Notes: generated by a model from the sequence alone, not told the origin. A stretch of 32,000 bases of DNA from Akkermansia muciniphila ATCC BAA-835 (GCF_000020225.1 NC_010655.1:2250001-2282000), one strand, 5' to 3'; counted from the first letter of the stretch, positions 9,729 through 18,581 are shown. Program-made: numbers and translations.

Positions 9729-11771
9729 AGTTTCACAAAAGTTGAGAAAGCTATTGTTCTTCAGAAAGGCATAGCTCCTTGATACCTATTTCTTTTAGGT
9801 AATAATAAATACCATCATAGAAGGAGGAGTGACGAGTCAAATCCTCGTCACATCCTTTTGGAATAAAAATAACGAACCCTTGGCGTGCTCGTGTTAATAA
9901 AACACGGTAAGTATTTTTGAGATAGAGTTGTGCATCTTTCTTACGAACTATTTTCCAACTAGACCCCTTAAAATTATAAGCTTTAAAATGTCCTTTTTCT
10001 ATACGAAAGTCTGCATCCCATGCAACGATTGCCCAATCAATTTCAAGACCCTGAATATCAAATTCAGTTGCTGTTTCTTCTAGAAAATAGGAAGAGCGTA
10101 CATCCTCTTTATCGTTTAAAAACCAATTTTCTGCCTGAATATCGTTCTGTACCCAAATACCAAATTGGCGTAGACGTTTGGCTCCTGAACTAGAAATGAG
10201 TCCATAACGTTCTGTACCTCGGGATTGATTTTGTACCCATTGTTTAGCTTTTTCTAGGCTACGTGTAATGACAATAGGATAATTAAGTGAGAGTTCTGAA
10301 TAGAGTTGTTGAGCTATTGGTAAGTTTTCATCCAATAGAGATTTTACAAATGCTGAAACTTTTTCATTCCGAAAAGAACGAAGTGAGACAGAAAGATGAA
10401 GTTTTTTTTCCTGATAAAGATGTAATCCCATAAAGAGAGATTCAAGTGTTTTTCCTTGCGTATATTCTACATCAGAGATTTGGGGGGACACATAAACATT
10501 CCAATGAGGGAAATGGTTTCTTAGTGCATCAAACCAAGCTAAAAGGCCAGCTTCTCCAGTATGTATTTCTTGACCACCTCCAATTAGACAAATGATTACA
10601 GCCCAATCTTGATGGCGATCCATTACACTAATGAGGAATTCTGGTTCAGACATGTTCCAGGAGGGAACATGGCGTTTTAACATAAATTTAGCCGTTTGCT
10701 CTTTTGTCCAAGCACGTTGTGCTTCGTCAAAAATAGTTACTTTTTCCGCAGGAACTTGTTCGGAAGGAGGTAGATAAGTATCACGAAAATGATGGATATT
10801 TTGAATAAAGGCAGCAACTTTTCTTTTAGATGTTATTTTTGTTATTTTGCCTTTACAGCGTTTAATTTCATCTCGTACTAGAGCTTCTCGCAGGACAGCA
10901 ACCAAGGGACCATTACCGGAAAGAAAAACTGCATGTTCTTGTTTATCATATTGATGTCGCTCATTTGCAATATTGAGGCCTACTAGCGTTTTTCCGGCAC
11001 CAGGTACGCCAGTAACAAAACAAATAGATTTTTGATGATACTGTTTACTTTGTTCAATAATACGATTTAGTACCTTTGTTGTGAGACTAAGATTGTAGGC
11101 TCCGGCACTACTCCGTGAAATTTCTTTGACTCCATGTCCACGGTAGAGTGCTTGAGCTGCTTCAATGATCGTGGGAGTAGGCATGTATGGCGAAATTAAC
11201 CATTGTTTAAAATGGAATTCGTCATCACACAGATTGTTAGTAAGTTTTGTTAAATTAGGACCTAAGGTATTATCATTGCAAAGGATAGGAAGATAAACCC
11301 CATCTGGGTTCATTATAAGTTGAAACTCTTTAGAAGGAGCATGAGTGCAGACTACCAGAGGAACAATTTTCTTTTGATAACTTTCTTGATGGAAATATTT
11401 TAATGCTAGTGCATAATCTACCACTTGATCAATAGCATGTCTTGGATAAGATGATTCTCCTACTTTAAATTCAAGAATATAGAGAATACCAGCACAAGCG
11501 ATTACGACATCTATTCGCTCTCCGATGCGAGGAATAGTGTATTCAAGGGCTATGGATCCAGAGGGAATACTTTTAAGAACACTTTGGAGTAATCTAATTT
11601 CGTGAACAAAAGAATTACGTGAATTTTGATCTAAAGAAAATGGGGTATGAAGAGCAATCTGCCCTAAAATTTCTTCTAGAGTTTGGGTACAAAAAGACTG
11701 TAGGTCATTGAAATAATAAGACCTTTGTATCATTTTAGTTTATTAAATAGAATCAGAAGGACTATTCATGT
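9729..11771. other. AT-rich compositional island (probable horizontal acquisition) containing a single gene
   Basis: Hand GC counts on 60-nt lines inside the island are 33% (10081), 42% (10621) and 32% (11221). Flanking lines give 52% (9241), 52% (12001) and 55% (12421). The AT-rich tract starts right after the start codon of the downstream gene (9728) and continues about 30 nt into the 3' end of panE. Confidence 0.7.
9751..11733 (-). CDS. PD-(D/E)xK nuclease-like N-terminal domain fused to a DUF2075/Schlafen-type P-loop SF1 helicase-like ATPase (660 aa); candidate defence protein
   Basis: A 661-codon ORF in roughly 35% GC DNA cannot plausibly arise by chance, and no shadow ORFs are listed inside it. 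Motifs are E64, D75 (GERIDVVI) and E88-x-K90 (ILEFK), which together form a restriction-endonuclease-like core. Also present are Walker A GVPGAGKT (aa 242-249), Walker B IFDEAQ (aa 334-339), GGGQEI (aa 385-390) and an SF1 motif VI-like VLLTRARQG (aa 611-619). Confidence 0.85.
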   Translation of the reverse strand: MIQRSYYFNDLQSFCTQTLEEILGQIALHTPFSLDQNSRNSFVHEIRLLQSVLKSIPSGSIALEYTIPRIGERIDVVIACAGILYILEFKVGESSYPRHAIDQVVDYALALKYFHQESYQKKIVPLVVCTHAPSKEFQLIMNPDGVYLPILCNDNTLGPNLTKLTNNLCDDEFHFKQWLISPYMPTPTIIEAAQALYRGHGVKEISRSSAGAYNLSLTTKVLNRIIEQSKQYHQKSICFVTGVPGAGKTLVGLNIANERHQYDKQEHAVFLSGNGPLVAVLREALVRDEIKRCKGKITKITSKRKVAAFIQNIHHFRDTYLPPSEQVPAEKVTIFDEAQRAWTKEQTAKFMLKRHVPSWNMSEPEFLISVMDRHQDWAVIICLIGGGQEIHTGEAGLLAWFDALRNHFPHWNVYVSPQISDVEYTQGKTLESLFMGLHLYQEKKLHLSVSLRSFRNEKVSAFVKSLLDENLPIAQQLYSELSLNYPIVITRSLEKAKQWVQNQSRGTERYGLISSSGAKRLRQFGIWVQNDIQAENWFLNDKEDVRSSYFLEETATEFDIQGLEIDWAIVAWDADFRIEKGHFKAYNFKGSSWKIVRKKDAQLYLKNTYRVLLTRARQGFVIFIPKGCDEDLTRHSSFYDGIYYYLKEIGIKELCLSEEQ

Positions 11772-12678
11772 TCAGGCGCTTGCGGATGGCTTTGTCCAGA
11801 AGTTCCCATTCCGGCACGAAGGCTCCGGCTTGCCGGGCCTTGGAGAGAGGGTCTCCCCAGATAGCTGTGTATTCGACGGGGCGGCCTTCGTTGTAGTCCA
11901 CGGCGCTGGACGGGATGAAAGCCCCCATGGTTTCCGTACGGGAAAGGTGGAATTCAACCAAATCTTCCGGCAGGGCGTAGCCGCGGGCCCTGGCTGCCTG
12001 TACTACTTCTTCCATGATGCGGCGCGCGCGTACGACGTTTTCCGGATTTTGGTAGAGTTCCGCAATGCTGATGCCGCCCAGAGCCAGGCAAAGCCCGTTA
12101 AACGGGATGTTCCAGACGAGTTTGTACCACTGGATTTGCTCTGCGGCGTCAAAGGCGCGCGTTTTGATGCCGGCATTGGCAAACAGCTCGGAGAGTTCCC
12201 TGGCTTTTTCAGTCCCTTCCGGCGTGGGGATGAAGGGGGCGAACTGGATGTTGCCCCCTTCCAGATGGTTGACATGGCCCGGTTTTTCCCGCATAGCGCA
12301 GATGAAGCACAGGCCCACATAGATACGCTCCGCCGGGATGATGCGGGCAATTTCCTCCGCATTTCCCATGCCGTTCTGGAGTGTAACCACAGTTGTGTCC
12401 GGCCCCATCAACGGAGGAAGAGCTCTGGAAAATCCGGCGTTTGCCGTGCTTTTCCATGCAACGACAACGAGGTCTACCGGGCCGACTTCCTCCGTGTCCC
12501 GGTAAACGTTGATGCGGGGCAGGGAGATATTCCCATGCAGGCTTTTCACCTGAAGGCCGTGTTCTTTCAGATAGCCGTATTCCGAACGTACGATGAAGGA
12601 TACGTCCTGCCCCGATTCCTGAAGTCTGGCTCCGTAATAGCAACCCAGGGCTCCGGCTCCCAGAATGGCGATTTTCAT
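11743..12678 (-). CDS. panE: 2-dehydropantoate 2-reductase (ketopantoate reductase, ApbA/PanE family)
   Basis: ATG start at 12678, with an N-terminal Rossmann motif MKIAILGAGALGCYYGARL. Length (311 aa) and overall pattern fit the ApbA/PanE family. Confidence 0.75.
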   Translation of the reverse strand: MKIAILGAGALGCYYGARLQESGQDVSFIVRSEYGYLKEHGLQVKSLHGNISLPRINVYRDTEEVGPVDLVVVAWKSTANAGFSRALPPLMGPDTTVVTLQNGMGNAEEIARIIPAERIYVGLCFICAMREKPGHVNHLEGGNIQFAPFIPTPEGTEKARELSELFANAGIKTRAFDAAEQIQWYKLVWNIPFNGLCLALGGISIAELYQNPENVVRARRIMEEVVQAARARGYALPEDLVEFHLSRTETMGAFIPSSAVDYNEGRPVEYTAIWGDPLSKARQAGAFVPEWELLDKAIRKRLNMNSPSDSI

Positions 12679-12705
12679 GGCGTGCGGCGCGGTTGGTGAT
12701 ATTTT

Positions 12706-14379
12706 TCAGAGCCCCTGGACGTTGCCCTTGTCATCCAGGTAGATGTGCATGGCGTTCGGTGAGACGGGAAGGGCGGGCATGCGCATGATTTCCCCGCAGA
12801 GGGCCACCAGGAAGCCGGCCCCGTTGGCGATTTCAAAGTCGCGCACGGTGATGGTGAAGCCGGTGGGGCGTCCTCGGAGGCGTCCGTTGTCGGAAAGGGA
12901 GTTCTGGGTTTTTGCCATGCAGATGGGAAGGTCCGTCAGGCGGCTGGCTTCAAACTGGGCCAGCTTCTTTTTGGCGGCGGCTGTCAATTCCACACCGTCC
13001 GCCCCGTAAATGTTGCGGGCAATGATGTTGAGTTTTTCTTCCACCGGCAGGGCGGATTCATAGAGGGGCTTGAAAGGGGCGGAACTCCTGTCCGCAGCTT
13101 CCACAACCATTTGGGCCAGGTCTTTGCCTCCTTCTCCTCCCTGGGAGAAGATATCCGCAATGGCGCAGGGAATACCGCGTTCCGCGCAGTGTTTCACGAT
13201 AGCGTCCAGTTCTTCCCGGGAGTCGTCAAAGAATTTGTTGACGGCGACCACAACGGGGCGTTTGTAGTGGGCGGCAGCGTCCAGATGCGCATCCAGGTTG
13301 GCAAGGCCTTTTTTCAGCGCATCCACATCCGTGTTTTTCAGATCCGCAAGGGCAGTTCCCCCGTGCATTTTCAGCGCGCGTGCCGTAGCTACGATGACAA
13401 TGGCCGCCGGATCCAGTCCGGACTGGCGGCATTTGATATCCAGGAATTTCTCTGCACCCAGGTCAAACGCGAATCCGGCTTCCGTGACGGCATAGTCCCC
13501 AAAATGCAGGGCCATCCTGGTGGCCAGCACGGAGTTGCAGCCGTGGGCAATGTTGGCAAACGGGCCGCCGTGCAGGAAACAGGGCACTCCTTCCACGGAT
13601 TGAACCAGATTGGGCATCAGGGCATCTTTCAGCAGGGACATGACGGAACCGGTAATGCCCAGTTCCCTTGCGAATACGGGCTTGTCATCCGTCGTGAATC
13701 CGATCACGATGCGGTTGATGCGTTCTTCCATGTCCTTGTAGGAAGTGGCAAGGCACAGGCACGCCATGATTTCCGAAGCCGGGGTGATATCGAAGCCTGT
13801 TTCTCGGGGGAACCCCTGCTTGTTGAGCCCCACGATGATGGAACGCAGGGAACGGTCGTTCATGTCCATGACCCGCTTCCATATGACTTTGCGTTCGTCA
13901 ATGTTCAGCGTGTGGAAGAACATGGCGTTATCAATGATGGCGCTGATGAGGTTGTGGGCGGATGTAATGGCGTGGAAGTCCCCTGTGAAATGCATGTTGA
14001 TTTCCTCTGCCGGCGTCAGGGAGCTTTTGCCGCCTCCGGTAGCTCCGCCCTTGCGGCCGAACACCGGTCCCATGGAAGGTTGCCGGAGCGCCAGGCAGAC
14101 TTTTTTGCCGATGGCCTGCAATCCCTGCGCCAAGCCGATGGAAACGGTGGTTTTGCCTTCTCCGGATGGGGTGGGAGTGATGGCGGATACCAGGATGAGT
14201 TTGCCGGGGGTTGCCGGCTTGTCCAATACGTCCAGGGAAATTTTGGCCTTGTTGCGGCCGAAGGGAATGACGTCTTTTTCATCGACGCCCAGCTTGTTGA
14301 TACAGTCGGAGAATGCAGGTGTAACCATGCGCACATGATGACGGAAGCCCCCTCTTTTGGCAAGAAGGTTCATGGGCAT
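12706..14379 (-). CDS. fhs: Formate--tetrahydrofolate ligase
   Basis: It carries the FTHFS signature ITPTPSGEGKTTVSIGL and a second conserved block, GGPFANIAHGCNS. At 557 aa it has the typical length. ATG start at 14379, with an alternative in-frame ATG at 14328 (MVTPAFSD...) that I cannot exclude. Confidence 0.9.
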   Translation of the reverse strand: MPMNLLAKRGGFRHHVRMVTPAFSDCINKLGVDEKDVIPFGRNKAKISLDVLDKPATPGKLILVSAITPTPSGEGKTTVSIGLAQGLQAIGKKVCLALRQPSMGPVFGRKGGATGGGKSSLTPAEEINMHFTGDFHAITSAHNLISAIIDNAMFFHTLNIDERKVIWKRVMDMNDRSLRSIIVGLNKQGFPRETGFDITPASEIMACLCLATSYKDMEERINRIVIGFTTDDKPVFARELGITGSVMSLLKDALMPNLVQSVEGVPCFLHGGPFANIAHGCNSVLATRMALHFGDYAVTEAGFAFDLGAEKFLDIKCRQSGLDPAAIVIVATARALKMHGGTALADLKNTDVDALKKGLANLDAHLDAAAHYKRPVVVAVNKFFDDSREELDAIVKHCAERGIPCAIADIFSQGGEGGKDLAQMVVEAADRSSAPFKPLYESALPVEEKLNIIARNIYGADGVELTAAAKKKLAQFEASRLTDLPICMAKTQNSLSDNGRLRGRPTGFTITVRDFEIANGAGFLVALCGEIMRMPALPVSPNAMHIYLDDKGNVQGL

Positions 14380-14516
14380 TCCGGACCGGATGAATCAATG
14401 AGAGGGAAAGGGCCGCCTTCTTCCTGTCCCGCGACATTCCCCGGATATCCATGCAACTCCGGGAGAACCTCCGGAAATACCCGGTATGGCAGGTTACGCT
14501 AAGACGGGGGTAAGAA

Positions 14517-15116
14517 TCAGGGTTGCGCTTTCTGTTTCCTCTCAGCCAGCACGGGACGGTAGTGGCCCGTGATGGTGTGGGAAAACAGGAAGTCTTCTTC
14601 CTGCGTTCCGGCGCCTACATTATGAATGATCAGCGGCGTGCCTTCCTCCGTTTTCCGGTCGGAAACGATGCCAATGTGGGGAATACTATCGGACAGGTTC
14701 CATGTAACCAGGTCGCCGGGCTCGTAGTCCGCCGCGTTTTCCGTAATGGGAACGGACCAACCTTTTCTGGCAAAGAAGGTACGAAGATTAGGGACCCTGC
14801 GGTGGTCAATGCTGCGGTCCGTCGTTTTCAATCCCCATATTTTAGGGTATTTGGAAAAGTGGGCCTTCATGTCCTCATGCACGGCTTTTTGAAGGTCCAG
14901 GCCGAAGGCCCTCATGGCGCGGATGACCACATCCGTGCATACTCCCGTTTCGAGGGGAACGTCTCCGTTGGGGTAGGGAATGGATTGATAGCCTCCGTTG
15001 TAGGAAACCGTTACTCCTACCTGTTCACGCGCCTTGGCCGCCAGCGCGGCGTTGTCCGCCATCAGGCATGCAGGGCAGGAAAGAAACAGGAGGATGAGAA
15101 GGGCCGCCGGTTTCAT
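14517..15116 (-). CDS. DUF1287 family secreted protein
   Basis: ATG start at 15116, with a signal peptide (MKPAALLILLFLSCPACLMA). Conserved DUF1287-like blocks are GVCTDVVIRAMR, DHRRVPNL, PGDLVTW, HIGIV and IHNVGAG. Confidence 0.7.
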   Translation of the reverse strand: MKPAALLILLFLSCPACLMADNAALAAKAREQVGVTVSYNGGYQSIPYPNGDVPLETGVCTDVVIRAMRAFGLDLQKAVHEDMKAHFSKYPKIWGLKTTDRSIDHRRVPNLRTFFARKGWSVPITENAADYEPGDLVTWNLSDSIPHIGIVSDRKTEEGTPLIIHNVGAGTQEEDFLFSHTITGHYRPVLAERKQKAQP

Positions 15117-15146
15117 AGGGCAGATGGGGAGGGAAACGCGGAAAAA

Positions 15147-16403
15147 TCAGACGAAGCTGGCAAAGCCGATGTCCGGCCGGCGCTGCATGCCGTGAAATTG
15201 AATCTTTTTGATTTCGTTGTGGGCACGCTGGCGCGCTTCGGAGAGGGTATCTCCCTGTGCCACGACGGCCAGGACGCGGCCGCCATTGGTTTCATAACAG
15301 TTTTTATCCGCATTCCATTTGGTGCCGGCGTGGTAAACGGAAGCATTTGAAATATCGTCCAGTCCCTGAATAGCGTCGCCGGAATGGGAGGTCTCCGGAT
15401 ATCCTTTGGAGGCCAGCACGCAGCAGACGCTCCAGCCGTTTTGGAAGGAAATTTCTTCCGGCGCAAATTCTCCCTTGGCCCCATGCAGGCAGAAGGAAGC
15501 CAAGTCTCCGGAGAGCAGGGGCATAACGGCCTGGCATTCCGGATCGCCGAAGCGGCAGTTGTATTCAATTACTTTTGGGCCGTTTGGAGTCAGCATCAGG
15601 CCGAAGTACAGAAAACCCCGGTAAGGCAGTCCGTCTTTTTTCAGTCCGGCTACCGTCGGAGCCACGATTTCCTTTTCAATGCGTTCCATCATTTCCGGCT
15701 CCACCAGCCGACGGGAAGCCACCGCTCCCATGCCGCCCGTGTTGGGGCCTGCATCGCCTTCCTTGAGGCGCTTGTAGTCCCGTGCCGGGCAGAGGATGAG
15801 ATAATGGTCGTCCACCAGAGCGCCGAAGATGGAAACTTCCGGTCCGGTAAGAAATTCTTCCACCAGCAGCCGCCCTTCACCAAAACGCCTGTCCGTAAAT
15901 ACTTCTTTCAGGAAAGAGTCTGCTTCCTCCTTGCTCATGCAGACGGCTACGCCCTTTCCGGCGGCCAGACCGTCAAATTTCAGCACGGTAGGATAGTTGT
16001 TTCCGATGAATTGCCGGGCTTCCTCCAATGTGGCCGCTACGCGCGCCTGCCCGGTAGGGATGCGGTGGCGGAGCAGGAAGTCCTTGGCAAATTCCTTGCT
16101 GGCTTCCAGCTGGGCGCTTTCTTTTACCGGCCCCCAGCAGGGGATGCCCGCACGGGAGCAGGCATTGGCCAGGCCTTCATCCTTGACCAGATAGCTTTCC
16201 TCCCCGGCAACGCAGAGATCCATTTTATTGGAAACCATCCAGTCGATCAGCGAGGGCAGATCCCTGGCCGGGATGGGGGTAGCCAGACGGTTGATGGCGT
16301 CACTTCCCGGGAAACAGTACATTTCCGGAGCGGAGGGAGATTCCTTGAGTGCCTTGACCAGTGCATGTTCACGTCCACCTTTTCCAATAACGGCTATTTT
16401 CAT
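15147..16403 (-). CDS. purD: Phosphoribosylamine--glycine ligase
   Basis: The true start is the ATG at 16403 (MKIAVIGKGGREHALVKAL, the classical PurD N-terminus). The ATP-grasp block GPNTGGMGA is present. The track ORF (to 16832) begins at a TTG and its first 143 codons overlap ssb, so that extension is rejected. Confidence 0.9.
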   Translation of the reverse strand: MKIAVIGKGGREHALVKALKESPSAPEMYCFPGSDAINRLATPIPARDLPSLIDWMVSNKMDLCVAGEESYLVKDEGLANACSRAGIPCWGPVKESAQLEASKEFAKDFLLRHRIPTGQARVAATLEEARQFIGNNYPTVLKFDGLAAGKGVAVCMSKEEADSFLKEVFTDRRFGEGRLLVEEFLTGPEVSIFGALVDDHYLILCPARDYKRLKEGDAGPNTGGMGAVASRRLVEPEMMERIEKEIVAPTVAGLKKDGLPYRGFLYFGLMLTPNGPKVIEYNCRFGDPECQAVMPLLSGDLASFCLHGAKGEFAPEEISFQNGWSVCCVLASKGYPETSHSGDAIQGLDDISNASVYHAGTKWNADKNCYETNGGRVLAVVAQGDTLSEARQRAHNEIKKIQFHGMQRRPDIGFASFV

Positions 16404-16571
16404 ACGCCGCCAGTATGCCGGGACGGACTGATTTTGCCAAGCTGAAATGAACGGTGAGGTTTTCCCTTTTGTCCGGTTGTTCCCATGCTTTTCCTCCATT
16501 GCCGGGAATGGGGTTGTACCACTTTTTCTTTTCGTGGCACGGCGCAGCCGTTCCGTTCGGGGAAGATGATG

Positions 16572-16606
16572 TAAAAAGGCCGCCTGACCCGGAGGAAAGG
16601 CGGCCT
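16572..16606 (-). terminator. Putative Rho-independent terminator of ssb
   Basis: On the minus strand, 27 nt after the ssb stop, the sequence reads AGGCCGCC-(14 nt loop)-GGCGGCCT followed by TTTT. That is a GC-rich 8-bp stem (16577-16584 / 16599-16606) with a U-tract. The loop is rather long. Confidence 0.55.
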
Positions 16607-16632
16607 GTAAAAGGAAAGGGCGGTATTTGCGT

Positions 16633-17133
16633 TTAGAACGGGATTTCGTCGTCCATGTCTCCGAAGTCGTTGGACGGCTGATTGGTGGGGGGCATGGGGG
16701 GCGGGTTGTAGTTCTGGGCCGGGCGGGATTGTCCGTAGTTGTTGGAACGGGGAGCATTCTGGTACTGCTGGCGCGGAGCACCTCCCATATCGCCTTCACC
16801 GCCGCGGGGGAAGAGCTGGATGTTTTCCCCAATCACGCGCAGCTTGGTGCGTTTCTGCCCGGAGGCTTTATCTTCCCAGGAATCCAGTTGAAGGCGTCCT
16901 TCCACAAAGACTCCGCGGCCCTTGCTGAGGTAGTTGCCGGCAACTTCCGCCTGGCGGTTCCAAAGGGTGACGTCCACGAAAGTGGTTTCTTCCTGGCGTT
17001 CGCTGTTGTCGCCCGCGTAGTAACGGTTGATGGCAAGGCGGATGTCCGTAACGGCGGTTCCTTTGGGAGTGTAGCGCAGTTCGGGATCAGCGGTAAGGTT
17101 GCCCATTAAGAAGACTTTGTTGAGATTGGCCAT
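16633..17133 (-). CDS. ssb: Single-stranded DNA-binding protein
   Basis: The N-terminal OB fold (MANLNKVFLMGNLTADPELRYTPKGTAV...) is followed by a Gly/Pro/Gln-rich linker and the canonical acidic tail DDEIPF. Confidence 0.95.
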   Translation of the reverse strand: MANLNKVFLMGNLTADPELRYTPKGTAVTDIRLAINRYYAGDNSERQEETTFVDVTLWNRQAEVAGNYLSKGRGVFVEGRLQLDSWEDKASGQKRTKLRVIGENIQLFPRGGEGDMGGAPRQQYQNAPRSNNYGQSRPAQNYNPPPMPPTNQPSNDFGDMDDEIPF

Positions 17134-17325
17134 ATAGGATGGGTGTTAACGAGGTGTATGGTATATAGGAAAAGGGCCTTGCCGTTTAGGAGGAAGGCAT
17201 GTGTTTGGTCGCTAGCAAGTATGGGCCTGCACATGGTCTTGTGCAATACTAAATTACGGAATCGTCCTTCATCATGTCTCCTTTCTACATTGCATTCGTC
17301 ATGGAACCGTGAAAACTTTACCTCC
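17134..17325. promoter_or_regulatory. Divergent intergenic region (ssb <-> tonB-like operon), presumed promoters
   Basis: Inferred only from the divergent gene arrangement and the 192-bp non-coding gap. I identified no confident -35/-10 or operator sequence. Confidence 0.3.
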
Positions 17326-18543
17326 ATGAGTTTCAGGCAGCGGCGGAGAAACGGACTGTTCCGGGTTTCCTGGGGCACATGCCTTTTGCTGTCTGTGCTG
17401 GCACACCTGTTTTTGCTGGCGGGGAGCTGCCTGGTTCCTGAAGAATGGCTGGCTTCCCCACGTCCGGCTGAAGCGGCGCGGAGGAAAGTGGCTGTAAGCG
17501 CGCGCATGGTAAAGAAAGTGGAACCTCAACTGGAGAGCCGGAGACAAGAGCCCGCGGAATATCTGCCTGCCGTCGTGAAGACCAATGAGGAGCAGGAAAG
17601 CGCCACCAGGCCGGAAGTGCCCAAATTCCAGAGCAACAGGAACACGCGGGCGGAAGGCGGCCGGAAGGATCCGGACGGCGACAGGGATATGCCCGCCCAG
17701 GATGGCGTGGAACGGGAAAACGGAGAGATTGTCCTTTTTAACCAGGAAAGGCAGGATGGGGATTTAAGCCATGAACGGGACGGCAACAAAAACGCCTCCC
17801 CCGGAGCTTCTTCCAATGTTCCCTACCAGCCCCTGGAACCATCCATGCCGCCTGCCGGTCATCCCGGTTCCCTGGCTCATTCTCCCGTCAAGAAGGGAGA
17901 GCCAGGCAAATCGGAAGAGGAAAAAACGGCCCGACAAAACATCCGTCATGCACAGGAGAAGGCCATGCAGCTTCCCCATGCGGTAGTGTTGCCCAGCCCC
18001 GGAGATTCGGAGAAGCCGGATCCGCTTGAGGAATTGGCCAAAAGCATTGCGAAAGGGGCGGACAATCCTCCCCTGAATCTTCCCAATCTGGATTTGGTGC
18101 CCAATACAAAACCGGTTCAGAAACAGCCCTTGTATGATCCCATGTTCAATGCGGAGAGCCAGCCCGGCTTCAAGACACATGAGCGGAAGACCAAGCAGGT
18201 CGGCAAATTCAGCTTTGGCCGCCGTCCGACATTGGATGTGGAAGCTACGCCCATGGGAACGTACCAGGCGATCGTTTACCGGGCTATCGGGGAACAATGG
18301 TACCGCCAGTGCGATTTGAACCGCGACCTGATTGTTACCGGAACTGTGCGCATCCGCATCCTGATTAACAAGAATGGCAAAATTTCGTCTATGAGGCAGA
18401 CTTCCCGCGTGGGAGCCAGCGAGGTACAGAAGTCCTTTACCTTCCTCGCCATCAAACTCGCCAGGCTTCCAGCGATGCCCCCGGAGGTAAGGAGTATGCT
18501 TGTGGGGGATTCTTTGGAAATGTATTTCGATTTCAATTTTTAA
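17326..18543 (+). CDS. TonB-like energy transducer (N-terminal anchor, long charged/Pro-containing linker, TonB_C-like domain), 405 aa
   Basis: I moved the start to the ATG at 17326 (MSFRQRRRNGLFRVSWGTCLLLSVLAHLFLLAG), which gives a basic N-terminus plus a TM helix. The C-terminus GTVRIRILINKNGKISSMRQTS...FLAIKLARLPAMP resembles the TonB C-terminal fold. exbB/exbD follow immediately. Confidence 0.6.
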   Translation: MSFRQRRRNGLFRVSWGTCLLLSVLAHLFLLAGSCLVPEEWLASPRPAEAARRKVAVSARMVKKVEPQLESRRQEPAEYLPAVVKTNEEQESATRPEVPKFQSNRNTRAEGGRKDPDGDRDMPAQDGVERENGEIVLFNQERQDGDLSHERDGNKNASPGASSNVPYQPLEPSMPPAGHPGSLAHSPVKKGEPGKSEEEKTARQNIRHAQEKAMQLPHAVVLPSPGDSEKPDPLEELAKSIAKGADNPPLNLPNLDLVPNTKPVQKQPLYDPMFNAESQPGFKTHERKTKQVGKFSFGRRPTLDVEATPMGTYQAIVYRAIGEQWYRQCDLNRDLIVTGTVRIRILINKNGKISSMRQTSRVGASEVQKSFTFLAIKLARLPAMPPEVRSMLVGDSLEMYFDFNF

Positions 18544-18581
18544 CAACCTACCATCCTGCAACAAATACCATTCACAGATAT

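Noticed and set aside
11725-12699. 324-aa plus-strand ORF antisense to panE
   Set aside because: The minus-strand frame carries the Rossmann motif and PanE-like sequence. The plus-strand product has no motifs and is a mirror-frame artefact.
13111-14502. 463-aa plus-strand ORF antisense to fhs
   Set aside because: The minus-strand frame encodes an unmistakable formate-THF ligase (PTPSGEGKTT). The antisense product is low-complexity (Gly/Val/His/Asp-rich).
14380-14516. Possible ZTP (pfl) or folate riboswitch upstream of fhs (also checked upstream of purD, 16404..16632)
   Set aside because: I read the minus-strand leader by eye and found neither the conserved ZTP elements (a GGGTCGTGACTGGCG-like 5' domain and a CCGCCTGGGC 3' domain) nor a THF-like fold. 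An Rfam/Infernal scan would be the decisive test.
15384-16445. 353-aa plus-strand ORF antisense to purD
   Set aside because: It is a shadow of purD, with no conserved motifs.
16404-16832. 143-codon N-terminal extension of the purD track ORF (TTG start at 16832)
   Set aside because: The extension is Pro/Thr/Arg/Ser-rich and overlaps the ssb coding region and its terminator. PurD homologues begin at MKIAVIGKGGREHAL (ATG 16403).
17228-17245. Inverted repeat TGCACA-N6-TGTGCA in the ssb/tonB-like divergent region as a candidate operator (for example a LexA- or Fur-type site)
   Set aside because: A 6-bp arm with free spacer choice is expected by chance in a roughly 200-bp region. It matches no operator consensus I know, so it is not reportable without conservation data.
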